Both the position numbers and the translations under genes were made by a program. The notes beneath the pieces were generated by a model. It saw nothing but the letters and a program-made list of their open reading frames with translations, did no database searches and was not told the DNA's origin. A DNA stretch of 64,000 nt from the NCBI GenBank assembly GCA_965226495.1, contig OZ245365.1:5120001-5184000 (forward strand), read 5' to 3'. Shown here piece by piece: positions 8,961-18,805 of this stretch; the first letter of the stretch is position 1; each line of letters opens with the position of its first letter. The stretch is from Candidatus Marinacidobacterales bacterium. Lineage in GTDB: Bacteria; Acidobacteriota; Vicinamibacteria; Marinacidobacterales; DATDRI01.

Positions 8961-10520
8961 ATGACCGGTAAGCCACCGTCTGTTGTAAGTAACGTCCTTT
9001 GGAACTGGACCAACTATGGGCTCCAGCTTGCGGTCGCTTTCTACATCACCCCGTTGCTCATCGCGCGATTGGGCGACACGCCTTACGGACTCTGGATCCT
9101 CCTGAGCGCGATCCTCGGCTATTACGGACTGCTGAACTTCGGGATCGACTCCGCCCTAGTTCACTACATCGCGAAGTATCTTGCCGAAGGTAAGCGTGAA
9201 GAGATCGGGAAGGTCATTCGTACAAGCCAGCTGGTCTTCGCCATCATTGCCGCCGGCGTCGTACTGCTAAGCTTGGGGGTAGGTGCCGCATTCGCCCATT
9301 CCGATTTCGTCTTCCAGCACGTCTTCCACCTACCCGAGGAACTCCGCCGGCCATTCGCCATCCTCCTTGTAATTCTGAGTGTGGGAGCGGCGGCCTCCTT
9401 CGTCTCCCGTGTCTTCGTCAGCATCTTACGAGCTAAGGAACGGTACGATCTCCTGAACGCCATCCAGATCACAATGTTGATCGGTAGGACCCTGGCCATC
9501 GTCTTCTTGATGGGCGATTCGCTGGTAGCACTAGGAACTATCTTTGCGGTGTCCGGTATTCTCACTGGCATCGCAATGTGGTTAACGGTGAAAATCGTTT
9601 CTCCCATCGGCCTTGAGGATACCGCCTCCGGATTCGATTCCAACACCTTTCGTGCCATCCGAAGGTTTGGCTTCTTCTCCTTCCTCAACTCTTTTGCCGA
9701 TCAGTTTCGTTTCTACACCGATTCTTTGGTGATCGGGCAGTTCATGAAGATTCATTTCATCACCTACTACAACTTGGCCGCGGTCTTCATAACCTACTTC
9801 CGCTACTTCATCGGTCACGCCGCGTCTCCGTTTTTCCCAGTCTTTAGTCGGTATCACGGCAGCGGAGACAAGGAGGCGATGCGACGTACGTTCTTGCGCG
9901 CCTCGAAGATCCTAGCTTTTCTGGCCGTCTTGGCGGCCGGGAATCTCATGGGAAGTGCCTATCCATTTCTAAGACTCTGGGTGGGTCGAGTTCTGGCTCC
10001 CGAGCATGTCCTCTTGAGCTATCGAGTCTTACTGTTGCTACTACTACCGTTCACCATCGAGCTGACGCAGTCCATCGCGGTGAATCTAATTTACGGCGTG
10101 GGACAGCACCACCGGCTGACCACACTGAATGGCCTAGAGGGACTGGCAAACTTGATCTTGAGCATTGTACTCGTGCAGCATTTCGGCTTGCTCGGAGTCG
10201 CCCTAGGAACCGCGATTCCCCTAGTCGTCACACAAATGGTGTTCGTCCCCCGCATCGTGTGTCGTCTAACCGGGCTCGACACGCTGCGCTACGTTGTGCG
10301 GTCCATTGTGATCCCGGTGCTGGGCGGGTTAGCCTTGGGAGTGGTGCAAATCATGGTCTATCGTTCGAGCGGCGCCGAGACCTACTGGATGTTAGGGACG
10401 GTCGCGGTTTCGACGTCCCTGGCCTTCACCATACCTATGCTCTTCCTCTATTTCTCCACGGATGAGCGACTGATGCTCCGAGAAATGTGGGACTCGTGGA
10501 GAGGAGCACCCCAGCGGTAA
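8961..10520 (+). CDS. wzx: Oligosaccharide flippase (Wzx / MOP superfamily)
   Basis: Many hydrophobic segments, NVLWN...TPLLIARLGDTPYGLW, FGLLGVALGT, within a GT cluster. Confidence 0.82.
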   Translation: MTGKPPSVVSNVLWNWTNYGLQLAVAFYITPLLIARLGDTPYGLWILLSAILGYYGLLNFGIDSALVHYIAKYLAEGKREEIGKVIRTSQLVFAIIAAGVVLLSLGVGAAFAHSDFVFQHVFHLPEELRRPFAILLVILSVGAAASFVSRVFVSILRAKERYDLLNAIQITMLIGRTLAIVFLMGDSLVALGTIFAVSGILTGIAMWLTVKIVSPIGLEDTASGFDSNTFRAIRRFGFFSFLNSFADQFRFYTDSLVIGQFMKIHFITYYNLAAVFITYFRYFIGHAASPFFPVFSRYHGSGDKEAMRRTFLRASKILAFLAVLAAGNLMGSAYPFLRLWVGRVLAPEHVLLSYRVLLLLLLPFTIELTQSIAVNLIYGVGQHHRLTTLNGLEGLANLILSIVLVQHFGLLGVALGTAIPLVVTQMVFVPRIVCRLTGLDTLRYVVRSIVIPVLGGLALGVVQIMVYRSSGAETYWMLGTVAVSTSLAFTIPMLFLYFSTDERLMLREMWDSWRGAPQR

Positions 10521-10533
10521 CCCTGCTTTCAGG

Positions 10534-13206
10534 CTAGTGTTTCCAGGACGGTCCCAAGGTAATGTCTACTTTGAGGGGTACAGACAACTCGTAGCAACCC
10601 TCCATCACTTGTCGCACGAGCGCGGAGACTTCTTCCGCCTCTTTTTCGGGCACTTCAAGAACCAGCTCGTCGTGTACCTGTAGCAACAGGCGACTCTCGA
10701 CGCCTTTGCGTTGCAGCTCGCGCCATAAATCGATCATCGCCTTCTTGATGAGGTCCGCTGCGGTGCCTTGGATGGGAGCATTGACGGCAACCCGCTTGGC
10801 CGCCTCGCGAGTAGCTCGATTGCGGCTCCCAATCTCGGGGATGTAGCGATGGCGCCCGAAGATAGTCTTCACTTTCCCGGTCAGCTGTGCGTCTCGAATG
10901 ATTTTATCCAGAAGCTCTCTCACTCTTGGGTAACGATCGAAATAGTTATCGATGAAAACCTGGGCCTCCCGAGTCGGAACGCCGAACTCTTTGCCGAGGG
11001 TGAACGCCGTCTTGCCATAGATGATGCTGAAGTTGATGATCTTCGCTCGCCGCCGCTGCTCGGCTTCGGAAAGTTCGGAGTCCTCTCCGAACACTTGAAG
11101 TGCGGTCTGGGCGTGGATGTCTTCCCCCTTCTGAAAGGCCTCGATCAAATTCGGATCGCCGCTCATGTGTGCAAGCACACGAAGCTCGACCTGCGAGTAA
11201 TCCGCGGAGAGGAGGAGCCAACCCGGCTCCGCCACGAACGCGGTACGGATCCGACGGCCGAGCTCAGTCCGTATGGGAATGTTTTGAAGATTGGGTTCCG
11301 AGCTGGATAACCGCCCGGTCGCGGCAACCGTTTGGTTGAACGTGGTGCAGATGCGCCCGGTCTTAGGGTCGACGAGGGCAGGTAGAGCATCCACGTAGGT
11401 CCCCTTCAACTTGGACAGGCTTCGGTAGTCTAGAATCTTGCGCGGAAGCTCGAAGTGCTCGGCGAGCCCCTCAAGAACTTCCATCTTGGTGGAAGCGGAC
11501 CGTTGCTTTTGCGTTTTTCGGAAGGAAGGGAGGTTCATCTTCTCGAAGAGGATCTCTCCCAGTTGCTTCGGAGAGTTGATGTTAAATTCGACTCCGGCGA
11601 GCTCATAGATCTCCGCGGTGAGCCGGGCGAGCTCGATTCCGATCTCCTCCGACATAGCATTTAGCACGTCCACATCGAGACGGATCCCCGTCTGCTCCAT
11701 ATTCGCCAAAACCTCGATGAGTGGCAGCTCGAGGTCGTTGTACACGATTCCCAGTCCCTCTTCGTCGAGCCGACGCTCCAGTCGTTCCTGGATGCGGAGG
11801 ACGACCTCCGCTCGCTCCGCACTTGGCCTCACTTGGCTTTCCGGAGGCACCGCGCCGACGCCGTCCATGCCCGGAAGCACGCCTTGTTCGGCGGCGTCAT
11901 CCGATTCGGCGAGTGGTCGTTGGAGGATCTCGACGGCTAGTGTTTCCAACTGATGAGCTCGCTTGCCTGGATTCAAGACGTATGAAGCGACCATCGAATC
12001 GAAGCCGATGCCACTGAGGGACACTCCTTTTCTCCCCAACCAGACGCTCGCCGACTTCAAGTCGTGGCCCACCTTTAGGACTCCGCGATCCGACAGAGCC
12101 GGTCCGAGCTCAGCTAGCAGAGAGGACTCCGTAAACTTGCTTTGCGGGCCGCCCACCGTAATAAAAAAGGCCTCGCCCGGCTCGACCGCCAGACCGAGCC
12201 CCAAGAGACGGTCTTCGCCGTCGCCGTTTCCGGTCGCAAGCGAAAGAGCCAGGAGCCCTCGTTTTCTCGCCGATTCCAAGAGGCGTTTGAGCTCGGTGGC
12301 CGTTGCGATCGGAAGGTACGAACCGGGCGGTGCAGATCCCGTCTCCGGAAGATAATCATTCAAGAGCGACGTAAAACCGAGCCTTTCGAAAAGCTCGAAG
12401 GCCGCTTTCCGATCCGCACCTCGGTAGCGAAGCTCCTCGGGCTTCACTGCCAGGGGGACGTTAGTGTCCAACTGCACCAGCTTTTTGGAGAGTCGAGCCT
12501 GCTCTGCGTGCTCGAGCAAAGCCTCCCTTTGCCTCTTGTTAGAAATCCTCTCGGCATTCTCTACCGAGTCTTCCAGCGAACCCCATTCCTTGATTAAAGA
12601 AACCGCACCCTTCATTCCGATGCCCGGCACTCCCGGCACGTTGTCGACGCTATCACCCACCAAACCAAGGACGTCGGTGACCTTCTCCGGCGTCACGCCG
12701 AATTTCTCTACCACTCCGGCCGAATCGTAACGAAACTCCTTGCCAGGATTAATCACGGTGATTCGGTCCGAGACCAACTGCAAGAAATCCTTGTCCGAGG
12801 AAACGATGAAGACTTCGAATCCTTCATCGTCCGCTCGAACAGCGAGAGTGCCGATAACATCGTCGGCTTCGACATCTCCGATCTCCAATATCGGAAGGCC
12901 CAATACGTCGCAGACTTCCCTCGTCAACGGCATTTGCACCGCCAGATCGTCGGGAGTAGGCGGCCGATTCGCCTTGTACTCCGGGTAAAGTCGATGTCGG
13001 AAATTGGTTCCTGCGGCATCGAAGACCACCGCAACGTGCGCCGGAGTTTCCTCCGCCAGGATTTTTCGCAAAACGGTGGCGAAACCGTAGGCGGCGTTGG
13101 TGGGGACCCCCTCGCGATTAGTAAGCCGAGGGATCGCGAAGAACGACCTGTAGACCAGTGAGTTGCCGTCGACCAGCAGGATCTTGGGTTTGCTGCCCTC
13201 GTTCAT
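10534..13206 (-). CDS. polA: DNA polymerase I
   Basis: LLVDGNSLVYRSFFA, EADDVIGT, GDSVDNVPGVPGIG, TGRLSSSEPNLQNIP, ADYSQVELR, LQVHDEL. Start moved to ATG 13206. Confidence 0.97.
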   Translation of the reverse strand: MNEGSKPKILLVDGNSLVYRSFFAIPRLTNREGVPTNAAYGFATVLRKILAEETPAHVAVVFDAAGTNFRHRLYPEYKANRPPTPDDLAVQMPLTREVCDVLGLPILEIGDVEADDVIGTLAVRADDEGFEVFIVSSDKDFLQLVSDRITVINPGKEFRYDSAGVVEKFGVTPEKVTDVLGLVGDSVDNVPGVPGIGMKGAVSLIKEWGSLEDSVENAERISNKRQREALLEHAEQARLSKKLVQLDTNVPLAVKPEELRYRGADRKAAFELFERLGFTSLLNDYLPETGSAPPGSYLPIATATELKRLLESARKRGLLALSLATGNGDGEDRLLGLGLAVEPGEAFFITVGGPQSKFTESSLLAELGPALSDRGVLKVGHDLKSASVWLGRKGVSLSGIGFDSMVASYVLNPGKRAHQLETLAVEILQRPLAESDDAAEQGVLPGMDGVGAVPPESQVRPSAERAEVVLRIQERLERRLDEEGLGIVYNDLELPLIEVLANMEQTGIRLDVDVLNAMSEEIGIELARLTAEIYELAGVEFNINSPKQLGEILFEKMNLPSFRKTQKQRSASTKMEVLEGLAEHFELPRKILDYRSLSKLKGTYVDALPALVDPKTGRICTTFNQTVAATGRLSSSEPNLQNIPIRTELGRRIRTAFVAEPGWLLLSADYSQVELRVLAHMSGDPNLIEAFQKGEDIHAQTALQVFGEDSELSEAEQRRRAKIINFSIIYGKTAFTLGKEFGVPTREAQVFIDNYFDRYPRVRELLDKIIRDAQLTGKVKTIFGRHRYIPEIGSRNRATREAAKRVAVNAPIQGTAADLIKKAMIDLWRELQRKGVESRLLLQVHDELVLEVPEKEAEEVSALVRQVMEGCYELSVPLKVDITLGPSWKH

Positions 13207-13273
13207 CGGGGGGCCATTGTATGGGTTATTCCCTTCGCATGGAAGGCGCCTTCGAGATAAGATCGGCAAACAA

Positions 13274-14002
13274 ATGGGAACCTCCGCCGCACTCGTCACG
13301 TCGACGCTACTGATGAGCCTCTCGGCCGGCTGCTCCAAATACGAATACGAAGAGGAAGTCGATTTGAGAATCGACGGCTCTGGTGAGTTTTACATTCACG
13401 CTGCCCAGGATCTCTTCACGTCTCTTCACGGAGTGGGAAGGGCTGACTCTGAAGCCGCGTTTCTCGATGAGCTGCGTGCGTTCTATGATTCCTCGGCATT
13501 CGAAGTCGTCTCGGTTAAGCGTTCCCGACGCGATAGGCGCACGTTCTTCCACGTCCGGGGTCGGTTCGTGGACCTAGCGGAACTGTCGGACCAAGCGGGT
13601 TTCGCCGTTCGCGGCCTCCGCATCGGCCGCGGCGAAGAACTGAGCCTAACGGCCCACGTCGAAGGGAAAGACAAGTGGAAAAACGTCGTGCGACTCCCGG
13701 ACGACGCCCTCGTGGCCTTCCGCTTTCATTTTCCTGGCCCGGTAAGGCATCACAATTCGACGGTCGGCCTCGAACGTGGCAATATCGTTCGATGGGAAAC
13801 GACCGTCTCCGAGCTGCAGCGCGGAGTGCCACTCCGCCTAGAGGCTCGCTTCGACCAGCGGACCGTTTTCTCCATGACGCTCACCTTGCTGGCCGCGGCG
13901 GGGGCTTCGGTGATTCTCGTGATCTCGGCGTTCCTGTACTTTTTGACCCGGTTGGGCCGGCGGCAACTGGCCGAACAGGCGGAGCCCAATAGAACCGGAT
14001 AG
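13274..14002 (+). CDS. Putative lipoprotein with C-terminal TM anchor (LppM/DUF3153-like)
   Basis: Lipobox LSAG-C, RIDGSG motif, FPGPVRHHN, C-terminal hydrophobic helix followed by basic residues. Confidence 0.6.
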   Translation: MGTSAALVTSTLLMSLSAGCSKYEYEEEVDLRIDGSGEFYIHAAQDLFTSLHGVGRADSEAAFLDELRAFYDSSAFEVVSVKRSRRDRRTFFHVRGRFVDLAELSDQAGFAVRGLRIGRGEELSLTAHVEGKDKWKNVVRLPDDALVAFRFHFPGPVRHHNSTVGLERGNIVRWETTVSELQRGVPLRLEARFDQRTVFSMTLTLLAAAGASVILVISAFLYFLTRLGRRQLAEQAEPNRTG

Positions 14003-14020
14003 AGCCAGGTAAAAAAACCC

Positions 14021-15214
14021 GTGAGTCAATTACCGACCGACTTGATCCAAACCACGCTCTCGGAACGTCAGCTCGACGGCTGGCTCCTCTACGATTTCCA
14101 CGGACAGAATCCCATCTCGAAGAAAGTCGCCCGCTTCCCGGAGGACAGATTCGCAACGCGACGTTGGTTCTACTTCCTTCCTGCGAAAGGCGAGCCGGTT
14201 GGCATCGTGCATGCCATCGAGAGACACCACTTGGATCATTTACCCGGTCGGAAGCTGGTCTACGCGAGTTGGCGAGAAATGAGAGAGCGTTTGTCGGAGG
14301 CGACGGCCGGCGCCACTCGTATCGCGATGGAGTATTCACCAGAATGCAACATTCCCTACGTCTCACGCGTCGATGCGGGAACGGTGGAACTTCTCAAGGG
14401 TCTGGGAAAGGACATCGAGAGCTCGGCCGATCTGGTGTCGATCTTCGAGTCTCGCTTCACGCCCGCCCAGGTCGAGTTCCATCGCGGCGCCGCGCGAGCG
14501 ACGACCGAGGCCAAGGATCGCGCCTTCGCCGAGATCAAACAACGTATCATCGCCGGGGAAAAGGCCAGCGAGTACCAAACTCAACAGTTCATTCTCGAGC
14601 AGTTTGCCGCACTCGGCCTCGTTACTTCCTCGCCGCCTATCGTGGCGGTCGACGAGCACGCCGCCGACCCTCACTATGCACCCCACCCGTCCTCGGATCG
14701 GGAGATCGGGCTGGCAAGTTTCGTGCTCATTGACCTTTGGGCCAAGCTGGATCGAGCGGACGGAATTTACGCCGACTTCACTTGGGTCGGTTACGTCGGG
14801 CCCACCGTGCCGGCTCGGATTCAGGAAGTTTGGGACGTGGTGGCGGGTGCCCGCGACGCCGCCATCAACTTCGTAGTCGGTAACGTGCAGCGGAACGAAA
14901 CCTTTCGCGGCTATCAGGTGGACGACGTGGCGCGGAACTTCATCAACGAACGGGGCTACGGCGAGTACTTCTTCCATCGCACCGGCCATAACATAGGGCT
15001 GGAGGTCCACGGAAACGGGGCCCATATGGACAACTTCGAGACCCGCGACGAACGTGAGGTGCTCCCATTCACCGCCTTTTCAATCGAGCCCGGAGTCTAC
15101 CTCGACGACTTCGGTATCCGCAGCGAGATCAACATGCTCCTCACCGAGGGTAAGGCAGAGGTCACGGGTGAACCCATCCAGCGCGAGGTGCTTTGTCTGA
15201 TCGAGGACGATTAG
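14021..15214 (+). CDS. M24 family Xaa-Pro aminopeptidase
   Basis: LIDLWAK...YADFTW, HRTGHNIGLEVHG, FSIEPGVY, RSE. Confidence 0.9.
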   Translation: MSQLPTDLIQTTLSERQLDGWLLYDFHGQNPISKKVARFPEDRFATRRWFYFLPAKGEPVGIVHAIERHHLDHLPGRKLVYASWREMRERLSEATAGATRIAMEYSPECNIPYVSRVDAGTVELLKGLGKDIESSADLVSIFESRFTPAQVEFHRGAARATTEAKDRAFAEIKQRIIAGEKASEYQTQQFILEQFAALGLVTSSPPIVAVDEHAADPHYAPHPSSDREIGLASFVLIDLWAKLDRADGIYADFTWVGYVGPTVPARIQEVWDVVAGARDAAINFVVGNVQRNETFRGYQVDDVARNFINERGYGEYFFHRTGHNIGLEVHGNGAHMDNFETRDEREVLPFTAFSIEPGVYLDDFGIRSEINMLLTEGKAEVTGEPIQREVLCLIEDD

Positions 15215-16242
15215 CGAGCGGCGTCTCGGTCGTCATCCCTGTTCTGAACGCTGCGCGGACTCTACCGATCCTCTTCGATGCCCTAGATCGACTCGCTCCG
15301 GCACCCCTCGAGATCCTCCTCGTCGACAACGGCTCCACCGACGACGGGCCGACCCTCATGCGCTCTTTTGCCGAGCGAACGGAGCGCGGCGTGAAGATCC
15401 TGGTGGAACCAAAGAGGAGCGCGTCGGCCGCTCGCAACACGGGGATTCGTTCGGCGAAAGGAGAGATCGTTGCCTTCACCGACTCGGACTGCGGTCCCGA
15501 CCCTAGGTGGCTTGCGGGCTTGGCGTCCTCGTTCGGCGATCCTGACGTCGGAGCGGTCGCCGGTCGAGTCGCAGGCGCTCCTGAAACGACGTTACTAGGG
15601 CGCTTCAGCTCTTTGTACACACTCAGACTCCCCGACGAACCGTCCCGACACCGAGAATGGACGCCGCGGTCAGGAGGATTCCCGACCGCTAATTTCTCGG
15701 TGCGGCGCTCGCTCGCCGACAAGCTCGGTGGCTTTGATGAAGACGTGGTCCTTTACGGTGAAGACTACGACTTCTGCGCGCGAATCTACGACCTCGGCGC
15801 CAGCGTCGCCTATCAACCGGAAGCCCTCGTGGTTCACCATCATCGAACGAACCTAGGTGGAATGATGAAACAGGCGTTCGGTTTCGGGCGAGGGCACGCC
15901 TACCTATTTCGAGGTCACGGATCGGGTCTTTGGATCGATCTTCCGGGCCGCGGACTCGACTGGCGGCGGTCCCCGGTGCACGCGTGGCTGGATCTCGCCG
16001 CCGCCGACAAGAAGCTCTTAGCCATCCTGCTTGCGGCGATCGTCTACACACCGCTATGGGGGCTATTTCCGATTTACGCGGTCTACCTGCTCATCTCCAT
16101 CCACCGCCGGGCTCGCGAAGCCGAAAGAGCCGCTCCCATCTGGCAGTCTGCCCAGCTCGCTTGCTTGTTGTTGGCTAAGTCCGCGGCCCTTACCTCGGGG
16201 CGCTGGTGGGGCTCCCTGAAGTACCGAACGCTGTGCCTCTAG
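15193..16242 (+). CDS. Glycosyltransferase family 2
   Basis: VSVVIPVLN, VDNGSTD, FTDSDC (DxD), GGFDE, GEDYDF, C-terminal TM segments. Confidence 0.9.
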   Translation: MSDRGRLASGVSVVIPVLNAARTLPILFDALDRLAPAPLEILLVDNGSTDDGPTLMRSFAERTERGVKILVEPKRSASAARNTGIRSAKGEIVAFTDSDCGPDPRWLAGLASSFGDPDVGAVAGRVAGAPETTLLGRFSSLYTLRLPDEPSRHREWTPRSGGFPTANFSVRRSLADKLGGFDEDVVLYGEDYDFCARIYDLGASVAYQPEALVVHHHRTNLGGMMKQAFGFGRGHAYLFRGHGSGLWIDLPGRGLDWRRSPVHAWLDLAAADKKLLAILLAAIVYTPLWGLFPIYAVYLLISIHRRAREAERAAPIWQSAQLACLLLAKSAALTSGRWWGSLKYRTLCL

Positions 16243-16268
16243 CGGCACGCTAGTCCTCAATCCCACAC

Positions 16269-16284
16269 GGGTATGCAGCTTGCA
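16269..16284 (+). promoter_or_regulatory. Possible sigma54 -24/-12 element
   Basis: GGGTAT-GCAGC-TTGCA (GG-N10-GC). The first base deviates from the TGG consensus. Confidence 0.4.
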
Positions 16285-16376
16285 TGGAGACTCCACACGG
16301 GGTGTTTTAGCCCACGTGTCAACAGTTAGAGGTGTGGATTTTTAGCACCACTGAGGGGAATGTCCCCCAAGGCAAG

Positions 16377-16405
16377 TTGACAGCGATCCGAGGGACCCGT
16401 AGAAT
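16377..16405 (+). promoter_or_regulatory. sigma70-type promoter of the HD-GYP/wza/wzc operon
   Basis: TTGACA-N17-TAGAAT. Confidence 0.75.
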
Positions 16406-16442
16406 CAGGGTATCTCAAGCTAACAACCAGATTACAAAGGAA

Positions 16443-17777
16443 ATGTCAGTTAGAAAACTGGCCGTTTTCGCCAGTTTGAGTGACGACACCCTGCTAGAGC
16501 TTCAGCCTCTGGTGTCGGACCTCGGACTGACGACGGTCTTCGCCGCCGATCACGCAGAGGCTCTGCGTCTCGTGGACACCGACGATCCGGCGTTGGTCGT
16601 CGCGGAAGCAGGCCGAGATGGTATGGATGCTTCCGCGTTTTGCGCGCGCCTGAGGCGGGAGTCGCCGAACCCCGACCTCCCCATCATTCTCATCGGCGCG
16701 GGTGACGGACGCGAGAACCGATTGGCCGCTTTACGAGCGGGAGCCGACGAGTTCTTTGCCAAACCTCTGGATCCAGAAGATACGAGACTGCGCCTCAGCG
16801 CCTTGATGAGACGGGCTCGGCTGCAGTCGGCCGGAAACGGCAGCGTGGCGGTGACCGCCTCGGAGGCCCCACCTGCTGCGGCCTCGAGTTATGACCCTCG
16901 ACCACTTTACAAAGACCTGCAGTCTCTGGTGTCTCGAGTTCTCGAGCAAGTCAAGAACGATCAACCCATCGTCCTAGATCAACTCAGAGAGAAGGCCGCT
17001 CCCCTCGCCGAAGCCGTGCAGAGTTCCGAGAATACCGTCTCTCTGGCCCTCGGAGATCGCGAGGCAACGGATCTTGCTACGCATCATGTGAACGTGGCCA
17101 TCCTCGGGCTTGCGATGGGACAAGAGCTCGAACTGCCGGCGAGAGAGCTCGAAACGCTCGCCCTTCTCGGCTTGGTCCACGACCTAGGGATGGTGAAGGT
17201 CCCCGAGCCCATCCGCTACGCACCCCGGCGACTCACGAGCGAAGAGCTCGGTATTGTTGCCGAGCACCCACGTCATACTCGCGAGCTCTTGAAGGCCGCC
17301 GGGCCGGCGTATCACGAGATCGCCGAGATCGCCCACCAGGAGCACGAACGTGAGCAGGGACAAGGGTACCCCGGAGGGCTCAAGAGAGATCAAATTCATG
17401 AGCTGGCGAAGATTATCGGCGTCGCCGACGTCTACGAAGCATGTACTCATTCCCGCACCTACCGCAAAACGTTCATTCCTTACGAAGCCCTCCAGGAGCT
17501 CATCGAAATGCGGGGCAACCAGTTCCATCCTCGTTACATCAAAGCACTCATGAACGCGCTGACCGTCTACCCGATTGGGAGCTACGTGCAATTGAACACC
17601 GGCGAGATCGGTCGGGTACAGGCAATTAATCGCAAGAACTTGATGCGACCTCGGGTGGAACTCATTTGGAACGCTCAAGGACAACGGTTTGCATCGGCCA
17701 AGGTTGTCGACTTGGTTAAGAGCACGTTTCTTTTCGTGAGCAAGCCGCTCCACGAAGAGCAACTTCCCCAGTCGTAG
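16443..17777 (+). CDS. Receiver-like domain + HD-GYP c-di-GMP phosphodiesterase
   Basis: LPIILI...GADEFFAKP receiver; VHDLGMVKVP, HQEHEREQGQGYPGG, ADVYEACTHSRTYRK, YPIGSYVQLNTGE. Start placed downstream of the sigma70 promoter (uncertain). Confidence 0.85.
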   Translation: MSVRKLAVFASLSDDTLLELQPLVSDLGLTTVFAADHAEALRLVDTDDPALVVAEAGRDGMDASAFCARLRRESPNPDLPIILIGAGDGRENRLAALRAGADEFFAKPLDPEDTRLRLSALMRRARLQSAGNGSVAVTASEAPPAAASSYDPRPLYKDLQSLVSRVLEQVKNDQPIVLDQLREKAAPLAEAVQSSENTVSLALGDREATDLATHHVNVAILGLAMGQELELPARELETLALLGLVHDLGMVKVPEPIRYAPRRLTSEELGIVAEHPRHTRELLKAAGPAYHEIAEIAHQEHEREQGQGYPGGLKRDQIHELAKIIGVADVYEACTHSRTYRKTFIPYEALQELIEMRGNQFHPRYIKALMNALTVYPIGSYVQLNTGEIGRVQAINRKNLMRPRVELIWNAQGQRFASAKVVDLVKSTFLFVSKPLHEEQLPQS

Positions 17778-17803
17778 TCATCGTGAGAAGAAGCGAGAAG
17801 ACA

Positions 17804-18790
17804 ATGCCGCTTTCGAAGGAAATTCTCATCGTCTTGTTCGTACTTGGCCAGATTTCGGTTCCGCAGATCGCTCTCGCGTCTCAGCAGGAAGAAAACCAAG
17901 CGTTCACAACCTCCCGCGGCTTCGCCGAGTATCGGATCGGACCCGGGGATGAGCTTCGGATCCGCATCTGGACCGGCGTCGATGCCAAAGAGTACGAAGT
18001 CTTCGTCCAGGACGACGGAAACATCTTCCTCCCCTTTCTGGGACTGGCTAGCCTGAAAGCGGGAGATAAGAGCGCGCTGGAGCTTCGTGACGAGATCGTT
18101 GAACGATTGCGGGAGTCGTACCGGGATCCGGCAGCGGAGGTCATGGTCACCAAGCGCGTGGCTAGGCTGGTTACCGTAATGGGAGAAATCCGTAACGTGA
18201 ACAGGGAGAACACCGGTCCCGGCCGCTACGCACTACCGGGTCGCATTCGACTGGTGGAGTTCGTCACCCAGCACGGTGGCTTCACCGACGAAGCGGATTT
18301 CACTCGCACCAGCCTCGCCCGTGACGGAGAAACCTTCACCTACAATCTTTCCAAAGCGATCTTCGAGAACGACGACTCTCAGAATCCTATCCTGGATGCG
18401 GGTGACCTCGTTTACATCCCCTCTCTCGACATCAACAGTCTAAAGATCCTCATCTTCGGGGAAGTGGACAGACCGGGACTCCTTCAGGTAAGCGAAAATC
18501 TTTCCATTGCAGAGGCCATCGCCCACATGGGAGGCACGACCAAGAGCGCACACCAGAGTGCGATATCGGTGGTGCGAGGAGGCCTGGAGAAACCTATCGT
18601 GATGGTTTCTAATTGGGAAGAGCTCAAGAAGGGCGATCTTTCACAAAACTTCACAGTCCAGAACGGAGACCTGATCTTCGTCGGGCGCAGAAAACTGGCG
18701 ACGTTTTCGGACATCATGCAGGCCTTCGCGCTGCCCTTGTCCGCCATCTACACGACCGTCTTGATCAGCAATGCTGCGAGCACCAACTAA
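17804..18790 (+). CDS. wza: Polysaccharide export OPX protein (Wza-like, PES + SLBB domains)
   Basis: YRIGPGDELRI, DGNIFLPFLG, two SLBB repeats (GEI..PG, GEV.RPG), C-terminal amphipathic helix. Confidence 0.85.
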   Translation: MPLSKEILIVLFVLGQISVPQIALASQQEENQAFTTSRGFAEYRIGPGDELRIRIWTGVDAKEYEVFVQDDGNIFLPFLGLASLKAGDKSALELRDEIVERLRESYRDPAAEVMVTKRVARLVTVMGEIRNVNRENTGPGRYALPGRIRLVEFVTQHGGFTDEADFTRTSLARDGETFTYNLSKAIFENDDSQNPILDAGDLVYIPSLDINSLKILIFGEVDRPGLLQVSENLSIAEAIAHMGGTTKSAHQSAISVVRGGLEKPIVMVSNWEELKKGDLSQNFTVQNGDLIFVGRRKLATFSDIMQAFALPLSAIYTTVLISNAASTN

Positions 18791-18805
18791 CGCTAGTAGG
18801 TACAG

